Source of the DNA: Myxococcales bacterium
GTDB lineage: Bacteria; Myxococcota_A; Polyangia; Polyangiales; Polyangiaceae
DNA length: 64,000 nucleotides
NCBI GenBank assembly: GCA_040348785.1
Contig: JBEQTH010000065.1
Coordinates: 19,461 to 83,460 of the forward strand
Direction: 5' to 3'
The stretch's first letter is position 1. The number at the start of each line of letters is the position of its first letter. Made by a program: the position numbers and the translations under genes. Below the pieces are notes generated by a model. The model made no database searches, was not told the DNA's origin, and saw only the letters and a list, made by a program, of their open reading frames with translations. This document shows positions 38,016-48,621 of the stretch, piece after piece.

Positions 38016-40478
38016 TCACTGCGCGGCTTGCTCGCCGGCGGCGACGAAGCCCATCACGACCTGCACCGAGTGCGACTTGCCGTCATTGAACACGGGCACC
38101 ACGTTGTCCGGCTGGAGCACGCCGTCCACCACGACCTGGCGCACGCCTTTGCTGACGTGCTCGGGGTTCTTGACCTCGATCTCGTACTCCGCATTGCGGA
38201 AGCGGCGCTTCACGCTGAAGCCGTCCCAGGCCTTCGGGATGCAGGGGTTCACCTCGAGCCCGCGGTAGCCGGGTTGAATGCCCAAGATGTGCTTGATGCC
38301 TGCTTGGTAGCACCACGAGGCAGTGCCCGATAGCCAGCTGTTGCGCGCGAGGCCAAACAGTGGGTGCTCGTTGCCGAGGATGTTCTGTGCGTACACGTAC
38401 GGCTCGCACTCGTAGGTGTCGATGACGTCGTTCTTCGCGGCGGGGTTGATCTGGTTGTAGTACTCGAACGCGCGATCGCCGTTGCCGACCAGCGTTTCGG
38501 CGATCATGACCCAGGGGTTGGCGTGCAGGAAGATGCCGCCGTTTTCCTTGGCGCCCGGCGGATAGGTGGTGACGCCGCCTTTGGCGGGGTCGAAGCCGTC
38601 ATAGCCTGGGGCGCTGAGCTTGATGCCGTTGGGCGTGTTGAGCAGGCGATTGACGGAATCGAGCGCGGCTTGGGCGCGCTCGGGCGGGGCGAAGCCGGAG
38701 ATTACCGGCCAGCTCTGACCGTTGGTCCAGATCTTCCCTTGGGCGTTCTTCTTCGAGCCGATCGGGGAGCCATCGTGATCGAAGTAGCGCACGTACCACT
38801 CGCCGTCCCAGGCGTACTCGTTCACGAGGCCGCGCATGTGCTCGTAGTCGGCGCGGTAGCGCTGCACGAGGGCTTGGTCGCCCTTGAACTCGCACAGCTC
38901 GATCACGTCCAGCAGCGCTTTGCCGTATTGATTCGCGACGAACAGCGACTCGGCACCGGTCTTGAGATTGACGGTGTCGTTCCAGTCGGCGAAGCCGAGC
39001 AGGGGCAGGCCGTGACGGCCGACGTTCGTCTTCGTGAACTCGAGCGCGCGCTGCAGGTGGTCGAACACGGTGCCGTGGTGCAGCGCGGCGCCGTGCTTGT
39101 CTTTCTCGTAGTACGGCAGTTGGCGCTCCAGGAACGCCAGATCTCCCGTTTCCTTGAGGTAGGCGGCGACGGCAAACACGATCCACAAGTGATCGTCACC
39201 GTAGAAGTTCGGGCGATCTTCCATCTCGCGCGCGTCACCCTCGTTGGCGACCATGGTCGAGGCGTAGAACTGATGCATGGCCGAGCCATTGCTCTTCATC
39301 ACACTGAGCAGCTTTTCGATCAGCTCACGCGCTTCTTCGGGCATGGCGCTCATCACGCCCATGACGTCTTGCGAGCTGTCGCGGAAGCCCATGCCGCGGC
39401 CGCCGAAGCCGAGCTGGTACAGCGACAGATCCCGCGACCAATTTTTGGTCATGTAACACTGCCGCGGGTTGTGCACGTTCAGCATGCTGTTCATGCTGGC
39501 GTCGGGCGTGTTCACTTGGACGCGGTCGAGGTAGCGGTTCCAATCCTCACGCATGGAGGACAAGGCACTGCTGATCACCGCGGGATCTCGGTACTTCGCG
39601 AACACCGCGCGGGCGGCGGCCAGGCTCTCTTGCTTGCCGCCGGATTGCTGGGTGATGAGCGTCACGAACTCTTTGGTCTGACCCGGGGCGAGCTCACCGA
39701 GCGGCAGGAGCAGCGCGCCGATGTTGTCCCCACGTAGCGCAAGCGAGCTCGACAGCTCCGGCGCCTCGAGGCTCTTCGGTTTTTGGAAGGTGCCGTATTC
39801 GTTGTCGCCCAAGAACACGCGGCGATCGGTCTCGAACGAGCTGACGGGGACGGTGGCGGTCAGGAACGTCTGCCGCTGGTCACGATTCATGAACGCGAAC
39901 TGCGCCAGGATCTTGCGGCCCTCGCCGTCGTCGTGCACCTCGCTCTGCATGGTTTGCGGGACCCAGTCCGCATTCGTGAACTGCTTGAGCGCGTCGAAGT
40001 GCGTGTACTCCACCAGGGGCACGGCATCCACCGTGACGGCTTCGGCGCGCAGGTTGGTGACGCGCACTTGCTGCACGAGGACGCCTTCGTTCGTGGGAAC
40101 GAACACGGTGAGCTCGGTGCGGATGCCGTGGAACTCCGTCACGAAGCGGCTGTAGCCCAGGCCGACGCGGCACTCGAAGCGCTGGTACTCGTCCAGCGTG
40201 GGCACGAACAAGGGCGAGAAGGTCTGGAAGCCTGCACCCTCACGCGAGTGCAGGCGCAGGTACAGCGTTTGGCCCTTGAACTGGGAGCCGGGGAGCTGCG
40301 GGATGTACTTCGTGATCCGGTTCAGCGCCGGATCGCCCTTGCACAAGAGCAGGCCGCCGGTGTGGTCGACGAAGCCACCAAACCCGAGCGTGCCAACGTA
40401 GTTGATCCATTTGACCGGAGTGCGCGGGTTCGTGATCACGTACTCGCGGTTCTGGTCGTCGAAGTAGCCGTACTTCAT
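38016..40478 (-). CDS. GH94 glycoside phosphorylase (cellobiose/cellodextrin phosphorylase-like)
   Basis: MKYGYFDDQNREYVIT, GFRDSSQD, DWND, KENGGIFLH, WLSGTASW. Confidence 0.93.
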   Translation of the reverse strand: MKYGYFDDQNREYVITNPRTPVKWINYVGTLGFGGFVDHTGGLLLCKGDPALNRITKYIPQLPGSQFKGQTLYLRLHSREGAGFQTFSPLFVPTLDEYQRFECRVGLGYSRFVTEFHGIRTELTVFVPTNEGVLVQQVRVTNLRAEAVTVDAVPLVEYTHFDALKQFTNADWVPQTMQSEVHDDGEGRKILAQFAFMNRDQRQTFLTATVPVSSFETDRRVFLGDNEYGTFQKPKSLEAPELSSSLALRGDNIGALLLPLGELAPGQTKEFVTLITQQSGGKQESLAAARAVFAKYRDPAVISSALSSMREDWNRYLDRVQVNTPDASMNSMLNVHNPRQCYMTKNWSRDLSLYQLGFGGRGMGFRDSSQDVMGVMSAMPEEARELIEKLLSVMKSNGSAMHQFYASTMVANEGDAREMEDRPNFYGDDHLWIVFAVAAYLKETGDLAFLERQLPYYEKDKHGAALHHGTVFDHLQRALEFTKTNVGRHGLPLLGFADWNDTVNLKTGAESLFVANQYGKALLDVIELCEFKGDQALVQRYRADYEHMRGLVNEYAWDGEWYVRYFDHDGSPIGSKKNAQGKIWTNGQSWPVISGFAPPERAQAALDSVNRLLNTPNGIKLSAPGYDGFDPAKGGVTTYPPGAKENGGIFLHANPWVMIAETLVGNGDRAFEYYNQINPAAKNDVIDTYECEPYVYAQNILGNEHPLFGLARNSWLSGTASWCYQAGIKHILGIQPGYRGLEVNPCIPKAWDGFSVKRRFRNAEYEIEVKNPEHVSKGVRQVVVDGVLQPDNVVPVFNDGKSHSVQVVMGFVAAGEQAAQ

Positions 40479-40509
40479 GTAGCCGAGGTCCTCGTAGCGG
40501 TCCCTGGTA

Positions 40510-40577
40510 TGGAACCAGTTCCGGAGTCTGGCATCAGACAGGGGTCGCTGCAATAGCTGCGTATGCAACCGGTTCCA
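40510..40577. promoter_or_regulatory. two LacI-type operator-like palindromes upstream of GH94
   Basis: TGGAACCAGTTCCG (40510) and TGCAACCGGTTCCA (40564). Confidence 0.55.
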
Positions 40578-40702
40578 GCGCAAGACGAACTTTTAGGTCA
40601 GAGTGACGCGCGTGCGCGGCACGTTCGCCGAGGAAAGTGGGTTACCGAACTCGCAGCGAGGACAACCGGTTGATGCCCGGTGATTTAGGGCCGCTTTTCA
40701 GC

Positions 40703-42022
40703 TCAGGGCGTGACGTTGGCCATGAACGCACGCTCGACCGCCGCGTAGTCTACCTCGACATCCAGCCGCGCGAGCACCGAGTAAAAACCGAACTGCAGGC
40801 GATTCATGAACACCATGCCTTGGGGTAGGGGCACGAAGTTCGCGCCCTTCTTGAACATGACCTGCTTCATTGTCCCGATCTCGGTCACGACGGCGCGCAC
40901 GTACTCGCGCGTGATGCGAAATGGTGACGCGAACAGCGGCTCGAAGCAGCGCCGCGAGTAAGCGATCGCGAGGTCTTCGTACAGCCCGCCCCGCGTCTCC
41001 ATAATCACGCGCACCTGCTGGGCGAACTCGGCTTCGTCGCGCCCCACGGCAGCGCGGTGCAACGCGCGCGCTGGACCCAAGCGGCCGCCGTGGATCGGTT
41101 GCACGCAGCCGAAATCCAAGAACGCGATGCGCCCCTCGGGCTGGAAGATGTAATTGCCAGGGTGGGGGTCGGCGTTGAACATTCCGCCTACCAAGTTGCC
41201 CTTGAACACGAAGCGCCACAGCGCTTCGGCGTAGGCGCGGCGTTCGCTCTCCGAGCGCTGAGCGGCTGCGTCCAGGCTCCAGCCGCTCACGAACTCGCTG
41301 GTCAAGACGCGTGCGCTGGAGCGCTCGCTGATCACTCGCGGCACGAAGATCTGCGGATCACCCGCGAACAGCGCAGCGAACTCTTGCTGACGGCGCGCCT
41401 CGAGCGCGTAGTCGAGCTCCTCGCGGAAGCGGGTCTTCACTTCTTCCAGCAGACCGCGGGAATTGACGCCTTTGCCGACGACCGTGCCGATCACGCTCTC
41501 CAGCATGCCAACGTTTTCGAGGTCGCTTTCCATCGCTCGAGCGATGCCCGTGTGCTGCACTTTCACGGCCACGATCCGGCCGTCGCTCAAGCGCGCGCGG
41601 TGCACTTGGCCGATCGAAGCGCTGGCCACGGGCTCGTCTTCCCAATCGCGAAATAGCTCGTCGATCGGCGCGCCGAGCTCACGCTCGACGAGCGCGCGAA
41701 TCTCCGCGCTGCTCGAGGTGGGCGCTTGCTCGCGCAGCTTGCGGAGCGCAGTCTCGTACGCTTCGCGTTGCCCCTCGGGCACGATACCGTCGACGTAGCT
41801 CGCCATTTGCCCGACTTTGGCGGCAACTCCGCGCAGCGTACCGAGCACCTCGGCGGCGCGCTCGGCCGCGTTCTCACCGCCCTTGGAGAACAACAAGCTT
41901 GCGCTGGTTCGGGCACCGAGGCCCGCCAAACGCACGAAGCGGCCGACGCGGCCTTCCGGGATTTTGCGATCGTCGGCCAAGCGAGTGGAAGATGGCACCG
42001 ACTCGGGTGCGGCGTCAGCCAA
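40703..42022 (-). CDS. ABC1/UbiB (AarF) family atypical kinase
   Basis: ASASIGQVHRA, VAVKVQ, ADPHPGN, LDFG. Confidence 0.92.
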   Translation of the reverse strand: MADAAPESVPSSTRLADDRKIPEGRVGRFVRLAGLGARTSASLLFSKGGENAAERAAEVLGTLRGVAAKVGQMASYVDGIVPEGQREAYETALRKLREQAPTSSSAEIRALVERELGAPIDELFRDWEDEPVASASIGQVHRARLSDGRIVAVKVQHTGIARAMESDLENVGMLESVIGTVVGKGVNSRGLLEEVKTRFREELDYALEARRQQEFAALFAGDPQIFVPRVISERSSARVLTSEFVSGWSLDAAAQRSESERRAYAEALWRFVFKGNLVGGMFNADPHPGNYIFQPEGRIAFLDFGCVQPIHGGRLGPARALHRAAVGRDEAEFAQQVRVIMETRGGLYEDLAIAYSRRCFEPLFASPFRITREYVRAVVTEIGTMKQVMFKKGANFVPLPQGMVFMNRLQFGFYSVLARLDVEVDYAAVERAFMANVTP

Positions 42023-42071
42023 ACTCTGCAGATTCCTGCAAATCGGCCGCGATCCCGCCTAGAGTGGCCGC

Positions 42072-43223
42072 GTGAACACCGAGCGCCGCATCGTCGTCCC
42101 GCCGCGTGGGCTGTATTGGTTGGCCGTGGGCATCCTCAGCGCGGGCCTGATCTATGCGCTGCGCGGCATTTTGACGCCGATTTTTCTGTCCTACGCGATC
42201 GCGTATTTGCTCGATCCAGTCGTGGATCGCTTCGAGACCTGGCGCGTGCCACGGCCGATCGGGATCGTGATCGTGCTGTTCGGTGGCTTGGCCGCGTTCG
42301 CCTTGTTCGTGGCGATCGCGCTGCCCGGGATCTTGAACGAAGTGGCGAGCGTGGTCAGTGATTTGCCTGGGCAAGCCATGGCGCTGCTGAACAGTGTGAC
42401 GCCTTGGCTCGAGCAGCGCGGCGTGCAGGTGCCGCACTCGACCACGGAGTGGATCGAGCGCTTCGGCGCCGATGCACGAGGCCTGGCAACCGAGGCCATC
42501 GCGCCGGCGGGTGGTCTGCTCAAGTCGGTGGTCGGCGGTATCTTGACGGCGGTGGGCTCGGCCGCGGCGGTGCTGATCGTCCCGGTGCTCGCGGTCTATC
42601 TGCTCAATGACTTCGACCGCATCACCGAGGGGGTGCGCGAGCTATTGCCCACGCGCTACCGCGAGCGGGTGACGCGCTACGCGCGCGAGGTCGATTTCGC
42701 GCTCAGCCAGTTCATTCGCGGGCAACTCACCGTGATGGGCATCATGGCCTTGTTGTATGGCGCGGCCTACGCGGTCTTGGGCGTGCGCTTGGCGATCGTG
42801 ATCGGCCTGGCCGCTGGGGTTTTGAACTTCATTCCGTATCTCGGCAGCGCATTTGCGCTCTTGGCCGGGCTCAGTATGTCGTTGCTCGGCGGCTGGCACC
42901 CGAGCCAATTGCTGGGGGTCGTGGTCGCCTATGCGGCGGTGCAAACCTTCGAGAGCTTCGTGATCACGCCCCGCATCGTGGGCAAGACCGTCGGCTTGAA
43001 CGAGGTGTGGGTGATCCTCGCTCTGTTCGTGGGCGGCGAGCTGTTCGGCTTCATGGGCATCCTACTCGCGCTGCCGTCAGCCGCGGTGGCCAAGATCTTC
43101 GTCACCCGCGGTGTCCGCCGTTATCGCGAATCTCAGCTGTATTTGCAGCCGCGGGCGGAGGCTCCGAGTGAGATCGATGTGGCAGAGCTGCCCACACAGA
43201 CGCCCAAGCGCCCATCGAGCTGA
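42072..43223 (+). CDS. AI-2E family transporter
   Basis: IAYLLDP, FIRGQ, FIPYLG, PRIVG, GILLALP. Confidence 0.92.
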   Translation: MNTERRIVVPPRGLYWLAVGILSAGLIYALRGILTPIFLSYAIAYLLDPVVDRFETWRVPRPIGIVIVLFGGLAAFALFVAIALPGILNEVASVVSDLPGQAMALLNSVTPWLEQRGVQVPHSTTEWIERFGADARGLATEAIAPAGGLLKSVVGGILTAVGSAAAVLIVPVLAVYLLNDFDRITEGVRELLPTRYRERVTRYAREVDFALSQFIRGQLTVMGIMALLYGAAYAVLGVRLAIVIGLAAGVLNFIPYLGSAFALLAGLSMSLLGGWHPSQLLGVVVAYAAVQTFESFVITPRIVGKTVGLNEVWVILALFVGGELFGFMGILLALPSAAVAKIFVTRGVRRYRESQLYLQPRAEAPSEIDVAELPTQTPKRPSS

Positions 43224-43273
43224 AGTTGTACCCCGTAGTTCCGTGCTCGATCGGCCGTAGGCTCCATTGTACG

Positions 43274-44308
43274 ATGGCAAGCAGCATGTTCGCTTCGCTC
43301 CGCTTCCCGTTGACCCTTCGCTATGCATTGGCCACGGCCGTGCGCGGAGCCGTGCTCGCCGCACCGGCGTTACCCGTCGTGCTTTGCGCGCGGCCAGCTG
43401 CGGCAGAGGACAAGGACAAGAAAGAATTGTCCAAGGCACGCGCTCAGTTTCAACGCGCGATCGAGCTAGAACAAGCCGGGAATTACACGACCGCGCTCGA
43501 GCAGTTTCGTGACGTGGGCCAGGTGCGCATGACGCCGCAGGTGCGCTTTCACATCGCGACGTGCGAAGAGAAGCTTGGCCGTTTGGTGACCGCTTTGGGC
43601 GGCTACCAGCTCGCATTCGCCGACGCCGATAGCGTGGGCGAAGACTTCAAGAACGAGGTCAATGGCGCCGTCACGCGCTTGCAAGCCAGCATCCCGAAGC
43701 TCGTGATCGAGCGTGGTAGCGGTGCGGAAGCGGCCGAAATCCAACTCGATGGCGTGGCGCTCGGGGCAAGCTCGGTCGGCGTGCCAGTGCCACTCGATCC
43801 TGGACCGCACGCCGTGACCGCGAAGGCCCCCGGCTTTCTGTCCTTCAATCAAACCGTGAGCATCGCGGAGAACGAAGAGAAGAAGGTCGAAATCGTGCTC
43901 ACGCCCGAGCCACAAGAAGTGCGCGTCGGCTTCGGCCCCGGTGGCGAAGGCGAGAAGCCGAACAAGAAGCTCGTGCCGTACGTGATTGGCGGCGTCGGTG
44001 TCGCGAGCCTGATTGGCTCGGGGGTGCTCTTTGCGCTGCGCCAGAGCACGCTCAGTGACTTGGAGAAGAAGTGCGGTCCGGATCGCAATCAGTGCCCGAG
44101 CTCCGCGGCTGGTGAAGTGTCGAACCTGGGCCTGTACAACGTGACCGCGCAGATTGCGCTGGGCGTGGGCGTGGTCGGTGTCGGCACCGCCGTGACGATG
44201 CTCGTGCTTCAGCGCAAGCACGCGCCGCCGCCCACCACGAGCGGGATGACGTTCTTACCGAGCGCGCCCAACAGCGCGCTCGGGATGTCATGGGTCGGGC
44301 GCTTCTGA
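43274..44308 (+). CDS. TPR + PEGA domain protein
   Basis: Signal peptide, TPR helices, LDPGPH, C-terminal Gly-rich hydrophobic segments ending GRF. Confidence 0.8.
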   Translation: MASSMFASLRFPLTLRYALATAVRGAVLAAPALPVVLCARPAAAEDKDKKELSKARAQFQRAIELEQAGNYTTALEQFRDVGQVRMTPQVRFHIATCEEKLGRLVTALGGYQLAFADADSVGEDFKNEVNGAVTRLQASIPKLVIERGSGAEAAEIQLDGVALGASSVGVPVPLDPGPHAVTAKAPGFLSFNQTVSIAENEEKKVEIVLTPEPQEVRVGFGPGGEGEKPNKKLVPYVIGGVGVASLIGSGVLFALRQSTLSDLEKKCGPDRNQCPSSAAGEVSNLGLYNVTAQIALGVGVVGVGTAVTMLVLQRKHAPPPTTSGMTFLPSAPNSALGMSWVGRF

Positions 44309-44337
44309 GCGCGCGCCGGCTGGGCCCAGCCTAGCCG

Positions 44338-45867
44338 TCAAAAGCCTGGATCTTGGCGCCATTTCGGCGCAGGCGGCTTGGTCACGGTCGTGGCTGGCTT
44401 GGCCGAGGCGGACGGGGGCGGAGCGACCGCGGTCGCGGGCATGGGCGTGGGGCGCGGTTGGGACACGGTGGGGCGCTGCGTCACCGGTGCGGCCGATTCG
44501 ACGGCCGGGGGCTCGACGGGCAGCGCTTGGAGATCCACCGCAGAGGCGGTCGGGGTGGGCGCCTCGGTGGGCTTTACCTCGGGCGCGGCCGTTGCGACGG
44601 GTGGCGGCTCGACCGTGCCCGCGTCTTTGTTCTGAAGCGCAAACACGGCCACGCCCAGCACGAGCAGCGCGCCGGCGATCGAGAGCAACACGACGCGTCT
44701 GCGACGTGCGGCCGAAGTCGTGACTTGCGAGAAAGTGCTGTCGGCTTGCAGCTGGCTCGGGCTGAGCCCCAACTCGGACAGCGTGGTGCTGGTTTGTGAA
44801 TGGGTGAGCGAAGGCTCTTGCTTATCGGCGCGTGGCCCTTGCTTGTCGGCGAGGGCCAAAGCTTCGGCCAACGCCGCGCGGCTCTCTTCGCGCTTGTTGC
44901 CGAAGAGCTTGCGCATGAACGCGCCGACGTCTTCGTCCGTGTTCGCGCGCTCGGCGACGGGTAGGCACTGATCGAGCGCGCGCTGGAACTCGCTGGCCGT
45001 CGCGTAGCGCTGCTTGGCATCCTTAGCCAAGGCTTTGAGCAGCACGGCCTCGAGCGAGGCTGGATAATCCGGCAAGAACTTGCGCGGCGAAAGCACGGGC
45101 TCGTCGGAGGCGATGGTGTACATCGTGGCCGCTTCGCTTTCGCGGCGAAACGGGTGCTTTCCGGTGGTCAGCGCGTACAGTACGATGCCCAAGGCGAAGA
45201 TGTCGACGCGCCGGTCGATCGCTTCACCGCGCACCTGCTCGGGCGCCATGTAGCTGACCTTGCCTTTGAGCTGCCCGGCGACCGTCGCGCCGCCGCCCAT
45301 GGCCGTCGCCTTCGCGACCCCGAAGTCTACGACCTTCGACACGCCATCGTAGGTGACCAAAATGTTTTGCGGCGAGACGTCGCGATGCACGAGGCCGATC
45401 AGCTGACCCTTGGCGTCGCGCAGCTCGTGAGCGGCGTGCAAGCCGGCCGAAGCGTTCATCACGATACGCACCGCGATCGGCAACGGGACGCCGCCCGCGG
45501 CCTTGGACGTCTTCATCAGCTGGTTCAGGGGGACGCCGTCGATCCACTCCATCGCCAGATACAGCACGCCCTCTTGTTCGCCGAGATCGGAGATCTCGAC
45601 CACGTTCGGGTGCCGGATCTGGGAAGCGAGCTGAGCTTCGTCCAAGAACATTTGCTCGAACTGAGCGTCCTCGGACAGCTTCGAGAGCATCGTCTTGACC
45701 GCTACGATCTTCTGGAAACCCCGCGTGCCTTTGACGCGTGCAGCCCACACCATCGCCATGCCGCCAGCCGCGATCGGCAACAGCAGCTCGTATCTCCCAA
45801 GCACGTGCCCTTGGGCGATTTCCCCCGACACCGGGCGCGGGGGAGGGACGTTGGGCGCAGTATTCAA
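44338..45867 (-). CDS. membrane Ser/Thr protein kinase
   Basis: GGMAMVW, VAVK, HRDVSPQN, DFG, YMAPE, TM helix and Pro-rich tail. Confidence 0.95.
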   Translation of the reverse strand: MNTAPNVPPPRPVSGEIAQGHVLGRYELLLPIAAGGMAMVWAARVKGTRGFQKIVAVKTMLSKLSEDAQFEQMFLDEAQLASQIRHPNVVEISDLGEQEGVLYLAMEWIDGVPLNQLMKTSKAAGGVPLPIAVRIVMNASAGLHAAHELRDAKGQLIGLVHRDVSPQNILVTYDGVSKVVDFGVAKATAMGGGATVAGQLKGKVSYMAPEQVRGEAIDRRVDIFALGIVLYALTTGKHPFRRESEAATMYTIASDEPVLSPRKFLPDYPASLEAVLLKALAKDAKQRYATASEFQRALDQCLPVAERANTDEDVGAFMRKLFGNKREESRAALAEALALADKQGPRADKQEPSLTHSQTSTTLSELGLSPSQLQADSTFSQVTTSAARRRRVVLLSIAGALLVLGVAVFALQNKDAGTVEPPPVATAAPEVKPTEAPTPTASAVDLQALPVEPPAVESAAPVTQRPTVSQPRPTPMPATAVAPPPSASAKPATTVTKPPAPKWRQDPGF

Positions 45868-46090
45868 ATCAGGCCTAAAATATTTGCAGACTCGGGCCCG
45901 GTGCTCAAGGAGCGGCCGAATCTTTTTGAGTCATCGTTCCGGGTTAGTTTGGAAGCCGTAGCCCCAAACTCTGTCACGACTCTGCTTCGGACCGCTGGAG
46001 GCGGCCAGGTGCCCGGGCATTGTGCGCGAAATGTGCAAGTTGCGCACATTGCCGCTTGTTCGCTTCGCCTCCTGCCCGGGCCAGACCGTC

Positions 46091-46606
46091 TCACTCGTGA
46101 ACGGTGACTTTCACCATTTGAACTGGGGTCACCGGGCGGTCACCGGCGGCGGTCGGCGTGGTCTCGATCTTCTTCACGACGTCCATACCCTTCACGACTT
46201 TGGCGAACACGGGGTGCTTGGAGGCGCCCGGCGTGAACCAATCCAGATAACTGTTGTGCACGGTGTTGATGAAGAACTGGCAGCTGCCGCTGTCGGGGCG
46301 ACCGGTGTTCGCCATCGACAGGGTGCCGGGCTCGTTCGAGATCTTGGCGTCTGCCGGGTGCTCGTCCTTGATCGTGCCATCCGGGCCGTTGCCCGTGCCT
46401 GCGCGGGCGCTCTTCGGATCGCGGCTGTGCGGACAGCCGAATTGGATCATGAAGCCGTTGATCACGCGGTGGAAGTGCAGACCGTCATAGAAGCCGGCCT
46501 TGGCCAGCTTGATGAAGTTGCCCGCCGTGAGCGGCATCTTGTCGGTGAGCAGTTCGATCTCGACGTCACCGAGGGAGGTGGTCAGGGTTGCAGTAGGGTT
46601 CGCCAT
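46091..46606 (-). CDS. cyclophilin-type peptidyl-prolyl isomerase
   Basis: [29 protein letters not shown]. Confidence 0.95.
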   Translation of the reverse strand: MANPTATLTTSLGDVEIELLTDKMPLTAGNFIKLAKAGFYDGLHFHRVINGFMIQFGCPHSRDPKSARAGTGNGPDGTIKDEHPADAKISNEPGTLSMANTGRPDSGSCQFFINTVHNSYLDWFTPGASKHPVFAKVVKGMDVVKKIETTPTAAGDRPVTPVQMVKVTVHE

Positions 46607-46726
46607 GGGGGCGCAAGCTAGCAGTATTGGTTTGGCTGGGGAGCCCAAAACGAGCCTGGCGCAGCGGCTTCGGCTTGGCCCCACGGTGGCCCAAGGAAAA
46701 CGCGCGACTGGCGCACGCGAGTGAGC

Positions 46727-47470
46727 CTAGGGTAACGGCAACCAGCGCAGGACGCGCTGAATTCCAGCATCCCAATAGGCCCAGTCATGTCCGCCTGGGC
46801 CCTCTTCGTACGTGTAATCGAAGCCGAGCGGGGCGATCACGTCACGGAAGCGGCGATTGCTGCTCAGCAGTGCGTCCTCGGTGCCACAGGCCTGAAAGAA
46901 CTTGGGTTTGGGTCCGCGCGCGTCCGCCAGGGTGAGTGCCAGCTCCGCTAGATCACCGCCCGATTTCCGGATCCCTGCCACGTCACCGAACACGAGCGCC
47001 AACTCTTCCGGGCGTTTCTGAAGATTGGCGAGCTCGCACGACGAGGACAAGCTCGCGGCGGCCGCGAAGACATCCGGCTTGCTGAGCCCGAGCTTGAGCG
47101 CGCCGTAACCGCCCATCGACAAGCCGGCGACGAAGTTGTGATCGCGGCGCGGCGAGAGCGGGAACAGTGCGCGAGCCTTCCACAGCAGCTCGTCGCTCAC
47201 GAAGTCCCAGTAGCGATAACCGTGCTTCATGTTGCTGTAATAGCTACGGTGCACGTTGGGCATCACCACTGCCAAATCCAACTCGTTCACGTAGCGCTCG
47301 AGGCTGGAATAGCGGGTCCACGCCGTCTCGTCGTCACTCAGGCCATGCAGCAGGAACAGCACGGGATGTTGGCGCGGCCCGCGCGCGCGAGCGGGCTCGG
47401 GTAGCAGCACCCGCATGCTGGATGCCATGCCCAGAGTTTCGGACCGAAATTTACAGTCGATCGAGGCCAT
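46727..47470 (-). CDS. esterase (alpha/beta hydrolase, tributyrin esterase-like)
   Basis: LLHG, GLSMGGYG, GTED, GHDWAYW. Confidence 0.9.
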   Translation of the reverse strand: MASIDCKFRSETLGMASSMRVLLPEPARARGPRQHPVLFLLHGLSDDETAWTRYSSLERYVNELDLAVVMPNVHRSYYSNMKHGYRYWDFVSDELLWKARALFPLSPRRDHNFVAGLSMGGYGALKLGLSKPDVFAAAASLSSSCELANLQKRPEELALVFGDVAGIRKSGGDLAELALTLADARGPKPKFFQACGTEDALLSSNRRFRDVIAPLGFDYTYEEGPGGHDWAYWDAGIQRVLRWLPLP

Positions 47471-47568
47471 ATTCGGGGCGGGTGCGGCGAATGAGCGAGC
47501 GGTTTAGGTGTGGGCGACCATATACAGAGCAGAGACGGCGGTCTATAAGCGAGCGCCTGGTAGCTCCC

Positions 47569-48507
47569 ATGAAGGATCTTCTCAAGACGTCGGACCTCAG
47601 CCGGGCCGACTTCAAATACTTGTTGGCACGGGCAGTCAAATTCAAGGCCAAGCCTTATCAGCGCAATACGACGCTGCAAAACGACTCCGTCGCCCTGTAT
47701 TTCAACAAGCCGTCCACGCGCACGCGCGTCTCGTTCGAGACCGCCGTTACCCGTCTGGGTGGCGCTACCATCTCGATGGGCCCGAACGACGTGCAGCTCG
47801 GGCGCGGTGAAACGATCGAAGACACCGCGCGCGTGCTCAGCCGCTTCGTGCGCGCGTTCGTGATCCGCACCTTCAAGGACGAGGACGTCGAGCGTTTCGC
47901 TGCGGCCGCGTCGATTCCCGTGATCAACGCGCTCACCGACGGGCACCACCCGTGTCAAAGCGTGGCTGATTTGATGGTGCTCGCCGAGCAGCGCGGTCCG
48001 CTCGACAAGTGCAAGATTGCCTACATCGGCGACGGCAACAACGTCGCGGTGAGCTTGATGGAAGCCTGCGCGATCATGGGCACGAGCTTCGCCATCGCGG
48101 CACCCAAGGGTTACCAAATGCCGGAGCCTTTGGTAGATGCGGCGCGCCAAGTGGCCAAAAAGAACGGCTCCGAGATCTTGATCAGCGAAGATCCCGCGGA
48201 AGCCGCGCGAGACGCGGACGCGCTGTACAGCGACGTCTGGCTGTCGATGGGCGATGCCGATGAGACCAAGGCTGCGCGCCAGCAAGCCCTGGGGCCCTAT
48301 CAAATCAGCGAACGGACGTTCGCTGGCGCCAAGCCAGACGCCATCTTCATGCATTGCCTTCCCGCACACCGCGGCGAGGAAGTGTCGGCCGAGGTGTGCG
48401 ACGGTCCGCGTTCGGTGATCTTCGACCAAGCGGAGAACCGGCTGCACACGGCCGCGGCCATCCTGTATTCGCTCCTCGAGCGCAAGCTCGAGGGCGCCAA
48501 GCGCTGA
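47569..48507 (+). CDS. argF: ornithine carbamoyltransferase
   Basis: STRTR, HPCQ, DVWLSMG, HCLP, AENRLH. Confidence 0.93.
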   Translation: MKDLLKTSDLSRADFKYLLARAVKFKAKPYQRNTTLQNDSVALYFNKPSTRTRVSFETAVTRLGGATISMGPNDVQLGRGETIEDTARVLSRFVRAFVIRTFKDEDVERFAAAASIPVINALTDGHHPCQSVADLMVLAEQRGPLDKCKIAYIGDGNNVAVSLMEACAIMGTSFAIAAPKGYQMPEPLVDAARQVAKKNGSEILISEDPAEAARDADALYSDVWLSMGDADETKAARQQALGPYQISERTFAGAKPDAIFMHCLPAHRGEEVSAEVCDGPRSVIFDQAENRLHTAAAILYSLLERKLEGAKR

Positions 48508-48621
48508 CCCAACCTCGGTTCCCGACGGAGCCGCCGAGCACCGTCCTTGGGCGGCTGTTTCGACCGAGGATGTCGCTTTTCGCCTCAAGCTCCGGCGAGA
48601 TCGGCCGTTCTCCGATGCAGG

